Source: Deltaproteobacteria bacterium (GTDB taxonomy: Bacteria; Myxococcota_A; UBA9160; UBA4427). From it: a DNA stretch of 64,000 bases. Location of the stretch: the NCBI GenBank assembly GCA_002709835.1, contig PAQX01000076.1, forward strand, positions 2,985 through 66,984. The letters are read 5' to 3'. Every line of letters starts with the position of its first letter. Position 1 is the first letter of the stretch. Below are positions 61,217 to 64,000 of this stretch, one piece after another. The notes below the pieces were generated by a model. It searched no databases, was not told the DNA's origin, and saw nothing but the letters and a program-made list of their open reading frames with translations. The position numbers and the translations under genes are program-made.

Positions 61217-61990
61217 TCAGAAGCCGGCGAGGCGCTCGGACGTGTCTTCGATCTCGGGGAACTCGAGGGCGAGTTCGGCTTCGAGCGCTGCTTCGAGGGC
61301 ACGCCCTTCCTGCGCGAGGCCATAGAGCTTCTTCATCGCGGCGACGGCAGCGCGCGAGTTGACGGCGATCGACGCGGCGCGCTCCGCGACCAGCGCGTCG
61401 AGCGCATCCTCGTCTGCGACCGAGGCGTTCGCCACGCCGAGGGCCACGGCTTCGGGGCCCATGAACGTCCGCGCGGTGTACGAGAGTTCCTTCGCCTGCC
61501 GGACGCCGACGGCCTGCGCGAGGGTCTGGCTCATTCCCCAGGTGGGTCGCAGGCCGAACTTCGCGTGGGTGTCCCCGAACTTCGTGCCGTCCGTCGTGAA
61601 TACGAAGTCGCAGTGGAGCGCGATTTCGAGCGCGCCCGTGAAGCAGGCCCCGTGGACCTTCGCGATCACCGGGAGCGCAGAGTGACGGATCGCGAGGTAG
61701 GCATTCCGAGCCGCTTCATCGAAGACGTCGCCGATCTTGCCGCCCTTCGGGTCGATGCCCTGAAGAACCTTGAGGTCGACGCCGGCCGAGAAGGCCCGCC
61801 CTGCCCCTTCGAGCACGATCACCGCGACGTCGTCGTGATCCCCCGCAGCCGTCACGAGCGCTTCGATCCCCACGAGCATCTCGGGTCGGAAGGCGTTGAG
61901 CGCGTCCGGCCGGTTGAGCCGGATCGTGAGCACGCGGGCCGCGTGCTCCACTTCGAGCATGTCGGTGTCGACTTCGAGGGGAAGCGTCAT
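61217..61990 (-). CDS. Enoyl-CoA hydratase/isomerase family
   Basis: The ATG at 61990 gives MTLPLEVDTDMLEVEHAARVLTIRLNRPDALNAF. Strings: VIVLEGAGRAFSAGVDL and VHGACFTGALEIALHCD. Confidence 0.85.
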   Translation of the reverse strand: MTLPLEVDTDMLEVEHAARVLTIRLNRPDALNAFRPEMLVGIEALVTAAGDHDDVAVIVLEGAGRAFSAGVDLKVLQGIDPKGGKIGDVFDEAARNAYLAIRHSALPVIAKVHGACFTGALEIALHCDFVFTTDGTKFGDTHAKFGLRPTWGMSQTLAQAVGVRQAKELSYTARTFMGPEAVALGVANASVADEDALDALVAERAASIAVNSRAAVAAMKKLYGLAQEGRALEAALEAELALEFPEIEDTSERLAGF

Positions 61991-62021
61991 GGCGCTTCGG
62001 TAGCAGACTCGAATGGGGGCG

Positions 62022-62888
62022 TCATTCGCCCTCGGGCCTGCCGTCCCCGTCGCTCGAGAGCGAGGTGACCCGTTGGACGGCCTGCCTCTCGACGGATTCG
62101 TCCGCCGAGCGGCGTCTCGAAGACAGCCGGTTCGCGTGGACGCGTTCGCGGGCCGCAGTCGCCTTCTTCCCGAGCGCATCGACCGCCGCCTCGGCCGTCT
62201 CCCTCGGCAATCCGATCGCACCGGCAGCGACTCCTTCCTCGAGACCAGGAAGGACCGACCGTAGGCCCGGCGTGTTCGTAGGGCCGGGCACGAAGGAAAG
62301 GACGTCGACCCCATGCGGCTGGAACTCGTACCAGAGACTCTCACCGAGGACGAGCTCGAACGCCTTCGTCGCCGCGTAATGGGCGTGGTTCGGCGAGCCC
62401 TGCATCGCGGTCCCGGAGGAGATGAAGATCAGCCCGCCCCGCCCGCGCGCCTTCATCTCACGCCCGAAGAAGTGCGCAAGGGTCGTCGTCGCGCGGCAGC
62501 TGATCGCCTCGGCGCGGTGGAGCTGCTCGACGTCGGCATCGAGGAACGGACCCTCGAGACCGAGGGCCGCATTGCAGATCACGAGGCCGACCTCGATACC
62601 GACCCGCGTACAGATCGCTTCGACACCGCCGAGAAAATCCGGACGGGCGAGATCCGTCGGCACCGCCCACGTCGAAATCTCGTAGGTCTCGGCGACTTCG
62701 CGGGCTGCGGCGTCGAGCGCTTCCTCCTGGACGTCGATCATCAAGACCGACAGACCGCGCGCCGCGACCGAGTTCGCGAAGGCGCGACCGATCCCTTGGG
62801 CCGCGCCGGTCACCAGGGCGACCGGGCCGTACTTCTCCCGGAAGTCTCGGGCCTTCTTGGCGCCGACCTTGATCCGCTCTTCACTCAT
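62022..62888 (-). CDS. SDR-family oxidoreductase
   Basis: The ATG at 62888 overlaps the stop of the upstream SDR gene (ATGA). Strings: VALVTGAAQGIGRAF and YAATKAFEL. Confidence 0.8.
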   Translation of the reverse strand: MSEERIKVGAKKARDFREKYGPVALVTGAAQGIGRAFANSVAARGLSVLMIDVQEEALDAAAREVAETYEISTWAVPTDLARPDFLGGVEAICTRVGIEVGLVICNAALGLEGPFLDADVEQLHRAEAISCRATTTLAHFFGREMKARGRGGLIFISSGTAMQGSPNHAHYAATKAFELVLGESLWYEFQPHGVDVLSFVPGPTNTPGLRSVLPGLEEGVAAGAIGLPRETAEAAVDALGKKATAARERVHANRLSSRRRSADESVERQAVQRVTSLSSDGDGRPEGE

Positions 62889-63742
62889 GGTTCGCTCCTC
62901 TCGGCTGCGCCTTCCTCTGCGAGACGCTCCGCGCGGTCGATGATCTCGGTGGCCGATCGTTCGAGAACGACACCACCGTCCACCGGAAGGATCCGGGCCG
63001 TGACGTAGTCTGCCGCAGGGCTGCACAGGTAGAGCGCAGCGAGCGCGATGTCCCGGGGCTCTCCGAGCCGCGCCCGCGGCGTCCACGCTTCGAGCTTCTC
63101 CCCGATCCCCGGATTACGGGCGAGCAGGTTCTCTCGCATGTTCTCCGTGGTGACCGCTCCTACACGGATCGCGTTCACCCGGACTTCCGGCGCGTACTCC
63201 ATCGCCATCATGCGCGTCATCTGCTCCAGCGCGGCCTTCGCTCCGCCATAGGGGATCGAACCGACGTTCGCGGCACGGGAGAACCCCGAGGAGATGTTCA
63301 CCACAGCGCCGTCGCCGCGCGCCTTCATATGCGGCGCGACCGCCCGGGTCAGATAGAAAGGTGCGCGGAAGTTCAGACCGATCGCCGCTTCGAAGTGCTC
63401 GTCCGCAGCGTACTTCGTCGGCATGTGCCCACCGCCGCCAGCGTTGTTCACGAGAAGATCGACCCCGCCGAAGCGTTCGACCGTCGCGGCGACGACGCGA
63501 TCCCCCGCCTCGGGATCCGTCAGGTCACAGGCGACTGCGAGCCCTTCGCCTCCGACCGACTCGATCTGTGCGACGGTCGCTTCGATCTGCTCCGCGGTCC
63601 GCGCGACACAAACGACCCGGGCCCCGACCTCGGCGAACACCTTCGCGGTCTCCGCGCCGATCCCCCGGCCGGACCCCGTGACGATCGCGACGCGATCATC
63701 GAGACGGAAGGCATCGAGCACATTGCCTGTCGAACCGCTCAT
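62885..63742 (-). CDS. SDR-family oxidoreductase
   Basis: Strings: RVAIVTGSGRGIGAE, NNAGGGG, YGGAKAALEQ. Confidence 0.85.
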   Translation of the reverse strand: MSGSTGNVLDAFRLDDRVAIVTGSGRGIGAETAKVFAEVGARVVCVARTAEQIEATVAQIESVGGEGLAVACDLTDPEAGDRVVAATVERFGGVDLLVNNAGGGGHMPTKYAADEHFEAAIGLNFRAPFYLTRAVAPHMKARGDGAVVNISSGFSRAANVGSIPYGGAKAALEQMTRMMAMEYAPEVRVNAIRVGAVTTENMRENLLARNPGIGEKLEAWTPRARLGEPRDIALAALYLCSPAADYVTARILPVDGGVVLERSATEIIDRAERLAEEGAAERSEP

Positions 63743-63764
63743 ACCGCCTCCCGATCCGCGCTTG

Positions 63765-64000
63765 CTAGGCCGAAGCGCTCTCTCCGTCTTCCGGCGATTC
63801 GTTCTCGTCCCAACCGAAGCGATCGAAGAGGTCGCCCAGCCGCGTGCGGATCTCGTCCGCCTCGAGACCGAACTCCTCGAGACTGTACTCGTGATCGGTC
63901 GTGTGCTTGCGCTCGCGCTTACCCTGCTTGGCGAGCTCTGCGCGATAGTCTTCGGTCATCTCGAGGTCGAGGTCCGCGTAGAGCTTCTCGATCGTCGCCG
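63765..64000 (-). CDS. Sulfotransferase-family protein, C-terminal part only (paralogue 3 of 3; gene start beyond window)
   Basis: The frame stays open upstream of the listed M at 63959 through to the window end (..ATIEKLYADLDLEMTEDYRAELAKQGKRERKHTTDHEYSLEEFGLEADEIRTRL..). It is alignable with the C-termini of 44909..46108 (..FGIEMTEEARAGMEQW..PPHEYTLDEYGLSEEGIKADF..) and 22664..23968. Confidence 0.6.
   Translation of the reverse strand, partial: ATIEKLYADLDLEMTEDYRAELAKQGKRERKHTTDHEYSLEEFGLEADEIRTRLGDLFDRFGWDENESPEDGESASA

Noticed and set aside
1-64000. Search by eye for tRNA, rRNA, transposase, integrase, phage, toxin-antitoxin or classical defence genes (nucleases, helicases, restriction-modification systems)
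   Set aside because: None was recognised. Intergenic regions are short and lack tRNA-like T-arm strings. The only rearrangement footprints are the TerC partial duplication and the CoA-transferase remnant. A tRNAscan, Infernal or defence-finder run would be needed to exclude small elements.

Overview
GC-rich bacterial chromosomal segment, roughly two-thirds G+C by eye (not computed). It is densely packed with about 56 protein-coding genes. By eye I found no rRNA, tRNA, CRISPR array, transposase, integrase or phage genes. All product calls come from motif and family recognition in the translated ORFs. No HMM or BLAST search was possible. Many long ORFs in the track are codon-aligned antisense shadows of real genes, which is typical at high GC, and I discarded them. 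Many real genes start well inside the listed ORF, so I re-derived starts from ATG/GTG/TTG codons plus a Shine-Dalgarno-like sequence where I could read them.

Gene content:
- 1-9854 (minus strand): a three-gene, translationally coupled module. It consists of an FHA / TrxR-like flavoprotein / 2x cNMP / 4x[4Fe-4S] fusion protein, a 5-TM protein with two H-x13-H helices, and an FHA-anchored decahaem cytochrome c. It is followed by a lipoprotein with GlcG/HbpS-like modules and a proline-rich secreted protein. This is the most unusual thing in the window. I propose it is a signal-gated transmembrane electron conduit.
- 10.3-23.9 kb: ExeA-like ATPase, acyl-CoA dehydrogenase, TrmH-like methyltransferase, TetR regulator, PAS protein, SDR, msrA, xth, acyl-CoA synthetase, AOR-family aldehyde:ferredoxin oxidoreductase and a sulfotransferase.
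- 24.0-26.0 kb: a low-GC methyltransferase gene sits between a decayed partial copy and the intact copy of a TerC-family gene.
- 26.4-39.2 kb (minus strand): a 13-gene same-strand run. It contains DUF3604, esterase, LLM oxidoreductase, DUF35, thiolase, P450, an NTF2-like protein, a small membrane protein, pqiC, pqiB, a split pqiA and a PlsC-like acyltransferase. plsB is divergent from it.
- 41.8-64.0 kb: lipid and xenobiotic-type redox and hydrolytic genes. These include two more sulfotransferase paralogues, a second DUF3604, two inverted D-aminoacylase-like paralogues, several SDR, LLM and enoyl-CoA hydratase genes, and EthD.

Taxon cannot be assigned from sequence alone. The abundance of FHA proteins and the high GC are compatible with Myxococcota-like or other GC-rich Proteobacteria-like lineages.
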